24,000 nucleotides of DNA from Methylocystis sp. LW5 (GTDB lineage: Bacteria; Pseudomonadota; Alphaproteobacteria; Rhizobiales; Beijerinckiaceae): assembly GCA_000685825.1 (NCBI GenBank), contig JMKQ01000006.1; one strand, written 5' to 3'. Below the pieces are notes generated by a model. That model was given only the letters and a program-made list of their open reading frames with translations. It searched no databases and was not told where the DNA came from. Shown in pieces: positions 9,425-16,735 of this stretch. Made by a program: the position numbers and the translations under genes. The first letter of the stretch is position 1. Every line of letters begins with the position of its first letter.

Positions 9425-11368
9425 TCAGTGCTGATGCGGCGAGACATAGACGATCGGCTCTTTCGCGGTCAGCGTGATCTGCGCCTTCAGCAGCGAGACC
9501 GCGCCGTCGTCGGTCCCGAAATGGCGGAAGCGGGCTCGAACATAGCCGGAGCGATCGATCAGAAAATGACCTTCCGGAATCTCATTGATGACCGGCTCGT
9601 CGAGATAATGATTGATGAGAGAATAAGTGAGCTCTGTGGCGTCCGGATGGCTCGGCGTCAGCGCGCTCGGATCATTCGGGCATTCGCCGAAATAATCGGT
9701 GACATGATGCGCGCCCATCGCCTTCACCGTCTCGGCGGCGACTTTCAGACTCGCGACACGATCGGCGAAATCCGCATCCTCCGGCTTGCACCGCGCGAAG
9801 GAGACGAGCGTCGGCACGCCGCGCAGCTTCTCGAGGTCGTCGATCTCGCCCTTGGGATCGTCCAGCGCGAAATTGGGCGCGACGAGCCAAGGGATGACGC
9901 CCTTCGGACTCAGGAAGCGCGACTGGTTGGAATTCGACAGAACGGTGAGAAAATTGATGAGGTCCCAGCGCTCGTCCTCGGTGACCGCGTCGCCGAAGGC
10001 CGGCATGACGCCGCTTTGTCCGCCATAGGTCAGCCAGTGAAAAATATCGCCGAGCGTATGCGTCGCGACATGCGGCGCGGTGAGATCGGCGGGCGGAACC
10101 TTGAGACCCTTGGCCATGGGTCCATTGCCCTCGCCGGTGACGCCGTGACAGGCGATGCAATTGGCCTGGAAGGTCTCATAGCCGCGCTTCACCGATGCCG
10201 CCGTGTAAGCGATGGGCGGGTCGGTATAGGTCTCGGGATAGGCCTGCACCGACAGTGAGACCGTGCCGCAGACCACCGCCGCCAGCGCCAGCGCCGAGGT
10301 CGAATATTTTCGCCAATCGCGGAGCTGCGGCAAAGGCGTGAGCCCCACGGCCGCGACGAGCGCCGGCCCGAACCAGGCGAGGCCGGCGACGACCGCCAGC
10401 GCCGCTCCGGCGACGCCCCATTGCCAAGTGGGATCGATCCAGGGCGTGACCTTGAGGCCCCATGTGCCGGCCCAAGTCACGCGGAAAGGAAGCGGCCAAT
10501 AGACGTTCGTCTCATGCGCCGCCGGCGTGATGGTGGCGATCCAGCCTGCGATGAACAAAAGGCCGAGCGCGCACGCGCCCTCGATGCCGCCGATCTTGCT
10601 GTACCAGGCGAAATCGAAGCCCTTCTTGGACTCGGCGAGCGTCAGATAGCGCGCGAGCGAGAGAGCGAGCAGCAGCGCTGCGCAGAGCAGAGCCAATTTG
10701 ACTGTGAGCAGTCGTCCGTAGGGCGTCGCCAGCATGAAGCCGAAGCTGCCGACCGTCTCCCATGCCAGGATGAGGCCGCTGATCAGCACGATCAGCATCG
10801 CGCCCTTGGCGATCATCGACCAGCGCTCGGCGAGACGCCAGGCGACCTCCGGCGGCTTTCCGCGGCCGGTGAACATCCAGTAGACGAGGCCGAGCAGGCC
10901 GCCGATCCAGGTGAGGCCCGCCAGTGTGTGGAAGGGGAAGCTCAGCTGCGTGTAGATCGGCAGGCTGTCGTCCACCGCATGGCCAGTGACAGACACGACC
11001 GCGAGCACGGCGAGCCCGAGCCCGAGCGTCGCGCGATCGAGCCAGAGATTGGAGATCCGCAGGCGCACCAGCGTCGCGACAGTGAAGACCGCCGCGAGAA
11101 TCTGCGTCGCCACCCAGGCCTTTCCGATCACCGTGCCGGAAATGAACTGCAGCAGCGCGTCGGCATCGACCGGACGGCCGGCGGGGATGATGGCGCGCGC
11201 CGTCGCCACGATGAGGCCGAAGCCGAACAGCAGGCGCAGGACCGCGGCGCCCGCGATCGCTTTTTTGAAGCGCTCGCCGTCCTCCTCTACGAGGCGCGGC
11301 AGCAGCAATAGTCCGACGGCGAGAGCGGAAAGAACGCTCTCCACGAAGCGAAGCGTCGCCAATTCCAT
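9425..11368 (-). CDS. copD: CopD-family copper-resistance membrane protein fused to a monohaem cytochrome c domain and a degenerate thioredoxin-fold domain (647 aa)
   Basis: Residues 1 to about 370 are polytopic and CopD-like. Residues about 385-478 carry C404-IAC-H408 plus GVMPAF (Met455), a class I cytochrome c pattern. Residues about 490-640 look redoxin-like (APNFALDDPKGEIDDLEKLRGVPTLVSFARC...GHFLIDRSGYV) but have a single Cys instead of CxxC. Confidence 0.85.
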   Translation of the reverse strand: MELATLRFVESVLSALAVGLLLLPRLVEEDGERFKKAIAGAAVLRLLFGFGLIVATARAIIPAGRPVDADALLQFISGTVIGKAWVATQILAAVFTVATLVRLRISNLWLDRATLGLGLAVLAVVSVTGHAVDDSLPIYTQLSFPFHTLAGLTWIGGLLGLVYWMFTGRGKPPEVAWRLAERWSMIAKGAMLIVLISGLILAWETVGSFGFMLATPYGRLLTVKLALLCAALLLALSLARYLTLAESKKGFDFAWYSKIGGIEGACALGLLFIAGWIATITPAAHETNVYWPLPFRVTWAGTWGLKVTPWIDPTWQWGVAGAALAVVAGLAWFGPALVAAVGLTPLPQLRDWRKYSTSALALAAVVCGTVSLSVQAYPETYTDPPIAYTAASVKRGYETFQANCIACHGVTGEGNGPMAKGLKVPPADLTAPHVATHTLGDIFHWLTYGGQSGVMPAFGDAVTEDERWDLINFLTVLSNSNQSRFLSPKGVIPWLVAPNFALDDPKGEIDDLEKLRGVPTLVSFARCKPEDADFADRVASLKVAAETVKAMGAHHVTDYFGECPNDPSALTPSHPDATELTYSLINHYLDEPVINEIPEGHFLIDRSGYVRARFRHFGTDDGAVSLLKAQITLTAKEPIVYVSPHQH

Positions 11369-11459
11369 TGATTTCGACTTCCGTTACGCTCGCGAGCACG
11401 GCGCGGCGCCCCGCCGATCGGCGCCGCCCGACATTTTTTAAAGCTGCTCTGAGCCAGAC

Positions 11460-11825
11460 TTAGTGAGCGTCCACCGTGAACTCGTATTTCCCCTCGACGA
11501 TGTGGCCATCCGAGGAGAGAACGCGATATTTCACGACATATTTGCCCGCCGCCAGATCTGGCGCGTCGAGCGTCAGCTCGCGCGGCTTGTCGGGCGCGCC
11601 CTTCGCGCCTTCGACGACGGTCTTGCCATTGGCGTCGAGGATCGCGATCGTCGAATAATTGGGCTCGACGCCGCCGCCGAAGCGCAGCTTCACGAGCTTC
11701 GGCGAAGCGGCGACGTGATCCTTCGCCGACGGAGAAGCGTCGACCAGAAAGGAATGAGCGAAGGCCGCGCCGGCGCTCATGCATAGAAATGCCGCCACGA
11801 GGCCGGCTCCGAACGTCATCTTCAT
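11460..11825 (-). CDS. copC: CopC periplasmic copper-binding protein (121 aa), Cu(II)-site-only type
   Basis: ATG at 11825 is 7 nt after aggagg. Predicted signal cleavage is AFA|HSFLVDASP, giving an N-terminal His. It has the SSDGH motif and no Met-rich Cu(I) loop. Confidence 0.9.
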   Translation of the reverse strand: MKMTFGAGLVAAFLCMSAGAAFAHSFLVDASPSAKDHVAASPKLVKLRFGGGVEPNYSTIAILDANGKTVVEGAKGAPDKPRELTLDAPDLAAGKYVVKYRVLSSDGHIVEGKYEFTVDAH

Positions 11826-11901
11826 CGTCGCTCCTCCTATATTATTTGCTTTTCGTATCATGATCTGGTCGGTCGGCCGCATCCGTTCAAGACGGTCGCG
11901 T

Positions 11902-12516
11902 TCACGACGACTTCAGCGCATCAGCAGGATCGGCAGCCTTCGGCTTGGTGTGGCTATGGCGCCAATAAGCGCCGACCATCAGCGCGATCAGCACGACGCC
12001 GAGCGCCTGCGGCACGAAGGACCACAGCGTCTGGCCGACCATGAATTTGAACTGCTGGGTCTCTTTCTCGCCATTCGCTCGGGTGAGCGTCACATAGCCG
12101 ATGAAATGACCCTTTTCGGTGAATTTGTGCTCGAAATTGAAGGTGCCGGTCCTGTAGAGCTTCGGCGGCAGATGAATGATGGTGAGCGGCTCGAGATCCG
12201 TATTGGCCGAGATCGGCGTCAGCGGATCGCGAATGATGCGCAGCTCGAGCGGCAGATCGCGAAAATCCGGATTGGCGATATCGAAAGTGAAGATGATCCG
12301 GCCGACGATCGGAATATGGTCGCAATATTGATCGCGTGCGCCTTCGGCCTCATAGGCCGTGATGTGGATCATGTCATAGCCGAACATGACCATGCACATA
12401 TTGTCCATGACCATCGCTTCCGGTCCGTCGCCGCCGGCGCGAGCCGGAGTAGCGGCAAAGGACGCGAAGAACAGCGCAAGCGCCAATAGACACGGTCTCA
12501 CGGATCGGACGATCAT
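11902..12516 (-). CDS. pmoD: PmoD, cupredoxin-like copper protein of the extended pmo operon (204 aa)
   Basis: RBS gggaggaagga. It has a signal peptide, the MCMVMFGYDMIH segment (C41, M42, M44, M49, H51), C65 and a C-terminal TM helix. Its position directly downstream of pmoCAB and upstream of copCD matches the described alphaproteobacterial arrangement. Confidence 0.9.
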   Translation of the reverse strand: MIVRSVRPCLLALALFFASFAATPARAGGDGPEAMVMDNMCMVMFGYDMIHITAYEAEGARDQYCDHIPIVGRIIFTFDIANPDFRDLPLELRIIRDPLTPISANTDLEPLTIIHLPPKLYRTGTFNFEHKFTEKGHFIGYVTLTRANGEKETQQFKFMVGQTLWSFVPQALGVVLIALMVGAYWRHSHTKPKAADPADALKSS

Positions 12517-12784
12517 CGCTTTCCTTCCTCCCGACCACGCGCGCCTCTAGGGTCGCCGCGTCGTCTTTTTTTTGCTTCGAGCTTCGAGAGAGCGAGATCG
12601 CCTCGCCCTCGCTTGTCCCGATTTTTCTTAGTGCAAAAAGGAATCGATTTGAAATCGCTATTTCGTCGACTTGCCGCAGCCCAGCTCATTCGTGCGAGAC
12701 CGCCGCCGGAGTGAGACTCTATGGATAAATTCTATGCGTGTTCGGGCGCGGACGCGACAATTTCTCCTGCGTCCAAACGCCGCA

Positions 12785-12803
12785 TATATCGCATTGCGAT
12801 ATA
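12785..12803. promoter_or_regulatory. Perfect 19-bp palindrome TATATCGCA-T-TGCGATATA in the pmoB-pmoD spacer, candidate operator
   Basis: Read directly. 9-bp arms in an AT-rich patch, about 270 nt upstream of the pmoD ATG and downstream of the pmoB terminator. Confidence 0.3.
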
Positions 12804-12842
12804 ACTGCTGCGTTCTTGCTCCGGGACGCGAAGCGCCCAATG

Positions 12843-12879
12843 CGCAAAAAGAAACCGGCCGGGCGCGAGGCCCGGCCGG
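12843..12879 (-). terminator. Rho-independent terminator of pmoCAB
   Basis: On the minus strand there is a perfect 10-bp GC stem ccggccgggc/gcccggccgg with a 5-nt loop, followed by TTTCTTTTTG. It starts 29 nt after the pmoB stop. Confidence 0.8.
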
Positions 12880-12907
12880 CGATATTTTCAGCCTTCAGAG
12901 AGTTCGA

Positions 12908-14203
12908 TCAGGGCATGTCGCCGGCGACGAACTTCGGAATGACCGGGCCGCCGATTTCGGTGGCGTAGCGCTTGCCCGACGGGCCGAAGAAGAACAGCAG
13001 ACCGCCGATCTGGCTGTCCGTGTCATAGGCGAGGTCGGAGAGACGCTCGATGTCCCAACGCGCGTCCTGCACCTTGATCTCGATCGTCTTCGTCTCACCC
13101 GGCGCGATCGGCGTCGGATCCGTCGACAGACCACGGTCCGCCAGCAGATAGTCGGGGAACTCCGGCTTCGTCGTGAACACGTCGGGGTTCAGGAAGCGGA
13201 GACCCGCCGCCGTATACTCGCCGAGCTTCAGCGGCTCATCCGTCTTGTTCGTGATCTTCACCTGAACCGTCAGCTCGCGGCCCGGCACCTTGTAGACGCC
13301 GCCCTTGAGATCCGCCGTCACGATCTTCGTGCCGACGCCCACAGTGCCTTCCTCGGTGATCGGCGTCAGCGGCTTCTGCAAGCCGGCCTGAAGCGGGATC
13401 GTGCGCGGGAAGGTGCTGTTGGTGACAGCGTAGCCGATGATCGTCGCCAGGATCGTCACCGCCAGAACGATAGCGCCGACGCGACGGTCGTCGTCACCGA
13501 TCTGCTCGTCTTCCTTGCCCTCGCTGACGCGCAGGTAGGAGGCGATGATGCCCTTCTTGAAGAACCAGTAGAGGATCCAGGCCGCAGCCGCGATCATCCA
13601 CGGGAAGTGCCAGGCATAGATGCGGTCGATGCCGTAGGTCTCGAGGTCCACGGTCGTGCCGTCCAGCAGCGTGACCGGGTCCTTGAAGTCGGCCATGTCG
13701 CCCTTGATCTCGATCCACTGGCCGGGTCCGATGATCGGGCCGCCGCCTTCGACGTTGATCTGCGCATGAACGTGCCAACGGCCCGCGCGGCGCGCCTTCA
13801 GGTCGATCTGGAACGCATAGTCCTTGCCGACCTCGAGCGAGACCGAACGCGGAGCGAACTGCTCGCCGATGAACTGAGCCGTGCGAACCAGAACCGGACC
13901 CGGCTCGCCGGCGTTCAGGAACGACGACTTCGGGTTCGCGACGGCCTGCGGCCAAGCCGAGAACACGTGCACCTTGCCCGAAAGCACCATCGACTCGTTG
14001 ACGTTCAGCGAGGTCTTCGACCACTTCACGTCATACCAGTTCAGCGTGCGCATGCGCAGGAACGCCTGCTGCGACTTCTCGCCATGCGCCGACGCCGGAG
14101 CGACGGAGCCCATCGTCGCGGCGACCGCAGCCGCCATGCCCAGGCCGAAGAGCCGAGCGACGCGTCCCGTCGCCAGCACGGCCATTCTCTCCAACAGTTT
14201 CAT
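12908..14203 (-). CDS. pmoB: Particulate methane monooxygenase subunit B (431 aa)
   Basis: ATG at 14203 follows gggagg. The signal peptide ends ASA|HGEKSQQAFLRMRTLNWYDV. The RWHVHAQ His pair is present, with two TM helices and a C-terminal cupredoxin domain. It is near-identical in pattern to type II methanotroph PmoB. Confidence 0.97.
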   Translation of the reverse strand: MKLLERMAVLATGRVARLFGLGMAAAVAATMGSVAPASAHGEKSQQAFLRMRTLNWYDVKWSKTSLNVNESMVLSGKVHVFSAWPQAVANPKSSFLNAGEPGPVLVRTAQFIGEQFAPRSVSLEVGKDYAFQIDLKARRAGRWHVHAQINVEGGGPIIGPGQWIEIKGDMADFKDPVTLLDGTTVDLETYGIDRIYAWHFPWMIAAAAWILYWFFKKGIIASYLRVSEGKEDEQIGDDDRRVGAIVLAVTILATIIGYAVTNSTFPRTIPLQAGLQKPLTPITEEGTVGVGTKIVTADLKGGVYKVPGRELTVQVKITNKTDEPLKLGEYTAAGLRFLNPDVFTTKPEFPDYLLADRGLSTDPTPIAPGETKTIEIKVQDARWDIERLSDLAYDTDSQIGGLLFFFGPSGKRYATEIGGPVIPKFVAGDMP

Positions 14204-14366
14204 GGAACAACCTCCCAAGTTTCTCTTCGCGGACCGGCCCGTCGGGCCGGATGTCCGCTGTCGTCCTTGCCGGAGCGGCTCGCTCCCGGGCTCTCTTGCA
14301 GGAGCCCTTCGCAGCCGCCCCTCCTCGCTTTGAGCGATCGCTCGATCCGTCCAGCCTTACGGCCGA

Positions 14367-15125
14367 TCAGATCTTGGTGATCACCTTCGTGGTGGAGTAC
14401 CACTTACCGACGAACCACCACAGGAAGTAGACGAGCATCGACACGAAGCCCGAGAAGAACGCGGCCACCGGCACGACGTCCTTACCGAAGGTGCGCAGCG
14501 TGCCGCGCTCGACCATGCGGATGTATTCCGGCATCGAGGTGCGGACGAAGTGGAGGCCGATCAGATCAGCCAGGGACATCAGCTGACCATGCTGCTCGGT
14601 CGCCTGATGGAAGGCGGCGATCGCCGGCCAGTTGTTCGGGTAGAACAGCAGACCCCAGCCCAGGGCGCCGACCACAGCCGTGATCACATAGGAGCCCGAC
14701 AGCAGCAGGATGATGTCCAGCCACAGGGCCGGAACGACCAGAGCCGACGGGAACACCAGGCTGATCGGGAAGTAGGTCCAGCCCCAGAAGTTCACATAGC
14801 GGTTGATCCACTCGCCGATGAGCAGACCCAGAACCGCGAAGGTCGCGCCGAACGGGAGACGGAAGTTCTCCCACAGGAACGCCTGAGCGGCGGCCGCGAA
14901 GGTCACGCCCAGGATCGGGATGACGGTCGGCCACATACGACGGTCTTTCCAGTCGACCCAGAAGTCCCAGTCGCCAGCCGTCAGCATGAAGTGAATATGA
15001 TAGCCGCCCAGCACTGCCAGAAACAGCAGCGTCAGAATCAGCCAATCGGAGGTCTTAACGCATCCCGCCGCTTCCGCGACAGAATGGAAAGGCCCGATTG
15101 CCCCCCCGCTCTTCGATGTAGACAT
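14367..15125 (-). CDS. pmoA: Particulate methane monooxygenase subunit A (252 aa)
   Basis: ATG at 15125 follows aaggaga. MSTSKSGGAIGPFHSVAEAAGCVKTSDW...GDWDFWVDWKDRRMWPTV...HFVRTSMPEYIRMVERGTLRTFGK is the classic PmoA sequence. Confidence 0.97.
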   Translation of the reverse strand: MSTSKSGGAIGPFHSVAEAAGCVKTSDWLILTLLFLAVLGGYHIHFMLTAGDWDFWVDWKDRRMWPTVIPILGVTFAAAAQAFLWENFRLPFGATFAVLGLLIGEWINRYVNFWGWTYFPISLVFPSALVVPALWLDIILLLSGSYVITAVVGALGWGLLFYPNNWPAIAAFHQATEQHGQLMSLADLIGLHFVRTSMPEYIRMVERGTLRTFGKDVVPVAAFFSGFVSMLVYFLWWFVGKWYSTTKVITKI

Positions 15126-15376
15126 CACTCTTCTCCTTGGTGTCTGTCCGCCCGGCGTCTTCGCGCCGGCGTCTCGAGACCTGCCTCCGGCTCTCTCGCG
15201 CCGGATTGTCCTTTGGAATTCGCCCCGCCGATCTCCCGCCGATCCCTCTCCGAAACCCCGTCCGAACCGCCGCCGCGCGGCCGTCCGGACGAAGCCTCGT
15301 TCCGGGAGCATTCGGAAAAATTCGCCGGAGGCGGCCGTCCGCGACACTGCGCGGGCGGCCGATATTCAGGCCGCTA

Positions 15377-16147
15377 TCAGCCGATCAGCGCCGCAACGCC
15401 GTCCTTGCCGAGCAGGCGCTTCACGCCAGCCAGGATCTGCAGGACGACGCCGAACACGCCCAGAGCCATCCAGCCGAAGAACACGAAGCCCCAATGCAGC
15501 GGAGCGACGAACAGCTCTTCCATGAACCAGAAGGTGTGGCCCCACTCGTTCAGGCCGACGTTCGGGATGATCATGAACGGGCCGATGGCCACGATCAGGA
15601 ACGCCAGCGAATAGCCGTGCGCGAAGAACGGAATGCGGGTCTTGGCGTAGAAGAACGAGCCCACGCCCATGATCGAGTAGATCGGGTAGCTGAGATAGAA
15701 CTCGATGATGTGCGACGGGGTGAAGTCCGTGTCGCGAATCACGGTCATGTGCCAGGTGCCGTCCTGCTCCGTGAAGAAGCTGGCGCCCCAGTAGATGGCC
15801 ACCGAGTAGACCGTCAGCCACTGCAGCAGCACGACGTGACGACGAAGCTCCTCACGCGGAGAAACCGCGTCGACATTGCGGTCGCGGGTCTTCCACAGAT
15901 AGCCGGCGAGGCCGAGACCGGCGACGAGCTCCAGCGGAATCTCCGTCCACAGCATCGTCAGCCAATACGTCTGGAACTCCGGAGCGAACGAGTCGAGACC
16001 CGCGCGCCAGCCGAAGATCTGCTCATAGATACGGATGAACAGGTAGAAAATGTTGAGGACGGCGATGCCGATCCACATGGTCTTCAGGTCCACGATGGCA
16101 TCTGAGCCGGCGGCTGCGCCGGCCGATGTCTCTGTCGTTACGCTCAT
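15377..16147 (-). CDS. pmoC: Particulate methane monooxygenase subunit C (256 aa)
   Basis: ATG at 16147 follows aggagg. FTEQDGTWHMTVIRDTDFTPSHIIEFY carries the conserved Asp/His/His metal site. The protein is polytopic. Confidence 0.97.
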   Translation of the reverse strand: MSVTTETSAGAAAGSDAIVDLKTMWIGIAVLNIFYLFIRIYEQIFGWRAGLDSFAPEFQTYWLTMLWTEIPLELVAGLGLAGYLWKTRDRNVDAVSPREELRRHVVLLQWLTVYSVAIYWGASFFTEQDGTWHMTVIRDTDFTPSHIIEFYLSYPIYSIMGVGSFFYAKTRIPFFAHGYSLAFLIVAIGPFMIIPNVGLNEWGHTFWFMEELFVAPLHWGFVFFGWMALGVFGVVLQILAGVKRLLGKDGVAALIG

Positions 16148-16475
16148 CTCAATTCCTCCTAAGTGCTCCCAGGGATTCTCGAAGCGTTTTCGCCGCGTCC
16201 CGCCTCCCTGCTCGGCACGCGCCTTCGTCTCCAACGGTTGATTGTCGTCGCTGCGGCCTCGTGCTCGACGAGCCGCTGTCCCGACCTCCCGCTCTCACCG
16301 CCCAGCGACCCCTCTCAAAAGGACCCGCCGACGGCATTTTTCTTCTTTGCTCGGAGACGAATTTTCTCGAAACCGCCGCGCGAAACGAAAGCCCCAGACC
16401 CCCCGGCGCCTCCCAGCGCCAAAACATCCAAAACGCCCTCGTTCGGCGAGCCGCAACCATTTCCGTTCCGCCTCG

Positions 16476-16504
16476 TAATGACAATATCCAATGGGGTAGG
16501 TCAA
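16476..16504 (-). promoter_or_regulatory. Candidate sigma70-type pmoC promoter: TTGACC-n17-TCATTA with an AT-rich upstream element
   Basis: The minus strand reads attctatagattatTTTGACCtaccccattggatattgTCATTAcg. It would give a leader of about 320 nt, consistent with the long pmoC 5' UTRs reported for type II methanotrophs. No transcription start data are available here. Confidence 0.35.
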
Positions 16505-16735
16505 AATAATCTATAGAATGGTATGAAGCACACGATCAGGCAGTTTATGCGGCGCCGCACTTTCGGGCGCTCCCACCCGCGGCCTTTGTCGCAGGCGCCC
16601 GATGACTCGGCAATAAATCCTTTTAATTCAGTGCTTATAAATTTCGGCAGCGCCCATAGATCAGGCGCCACAGCCTCGGGTAGCCCTCCCCATCCGGGCT
16701 GTGACAGAATGACTTGAGCCGCGGCGCGGCGCCGG

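Noticed and set aside
11405-11440. GC palindrome (gccgatcggc) plus T6 between copC and copD as a terminator
   Set aside because: The T-run follows the hairpin only on the plus strand, whereas the operon runs on the minus strand. The stem is also short. It is unlikely to terminate copC-copD transcription.
12566-12573. T8 tract on the plus strand as an intrinsic terminator
   Set aside because: No credible plus-strand gene ends upstream and the preceding hairpin is weak. On the coding (minus) strand it is an A8 tract in the pmoD leader.
12671-14380. 569-aa plus-strand ORF covering the whole pmoB region
   Set aside because: It is antisense to an unmistakable pmoB. Its Arg/Asp/Leu-rich low-complexity translation has no recognisable motifs. 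This is a typical mirror ORF of high-GC DNA.
15126-15347. N-terminal extensions suggested by the ORF track for pmoA (to 15347), pmoC (to 16234), pmoB (to 14218), copC (to 11882), ccpA (to 19535), the phosphoesterase (to 18391) and aatA (to 6838)
   Set aside because: In each case an internal ATG is preceded at 6-10 nt by a strong Shine-Dalgarno sequence and yields the expected family N-terminus or signal peptide. The extensions are Arg-rich and unlike the known proteins.
15300-15376. Hairpins just after the pmoC stop (gcggcc-n8-ggccgc, then gccg-cctc-cggc followed by AUUUUU) as an internal attenuator between pmoC and pmoA
   Set aside because: The hairpin next to the U-tract has only a 4-bp stem. 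pmoCAB is known to be co-transcribed. This cannot be supported from sequence alone.
14550-16105. Plus-strand ORFs (14550-15614 and 15137-16105) across pmoA and pmoC
   Set aside because: They are antisense to pmoA and pmoC. The same reasoning applies to 18300-19403, 6176-6778, 6839-7615, 8268-9251, 9428-10258 and 10421-11311.
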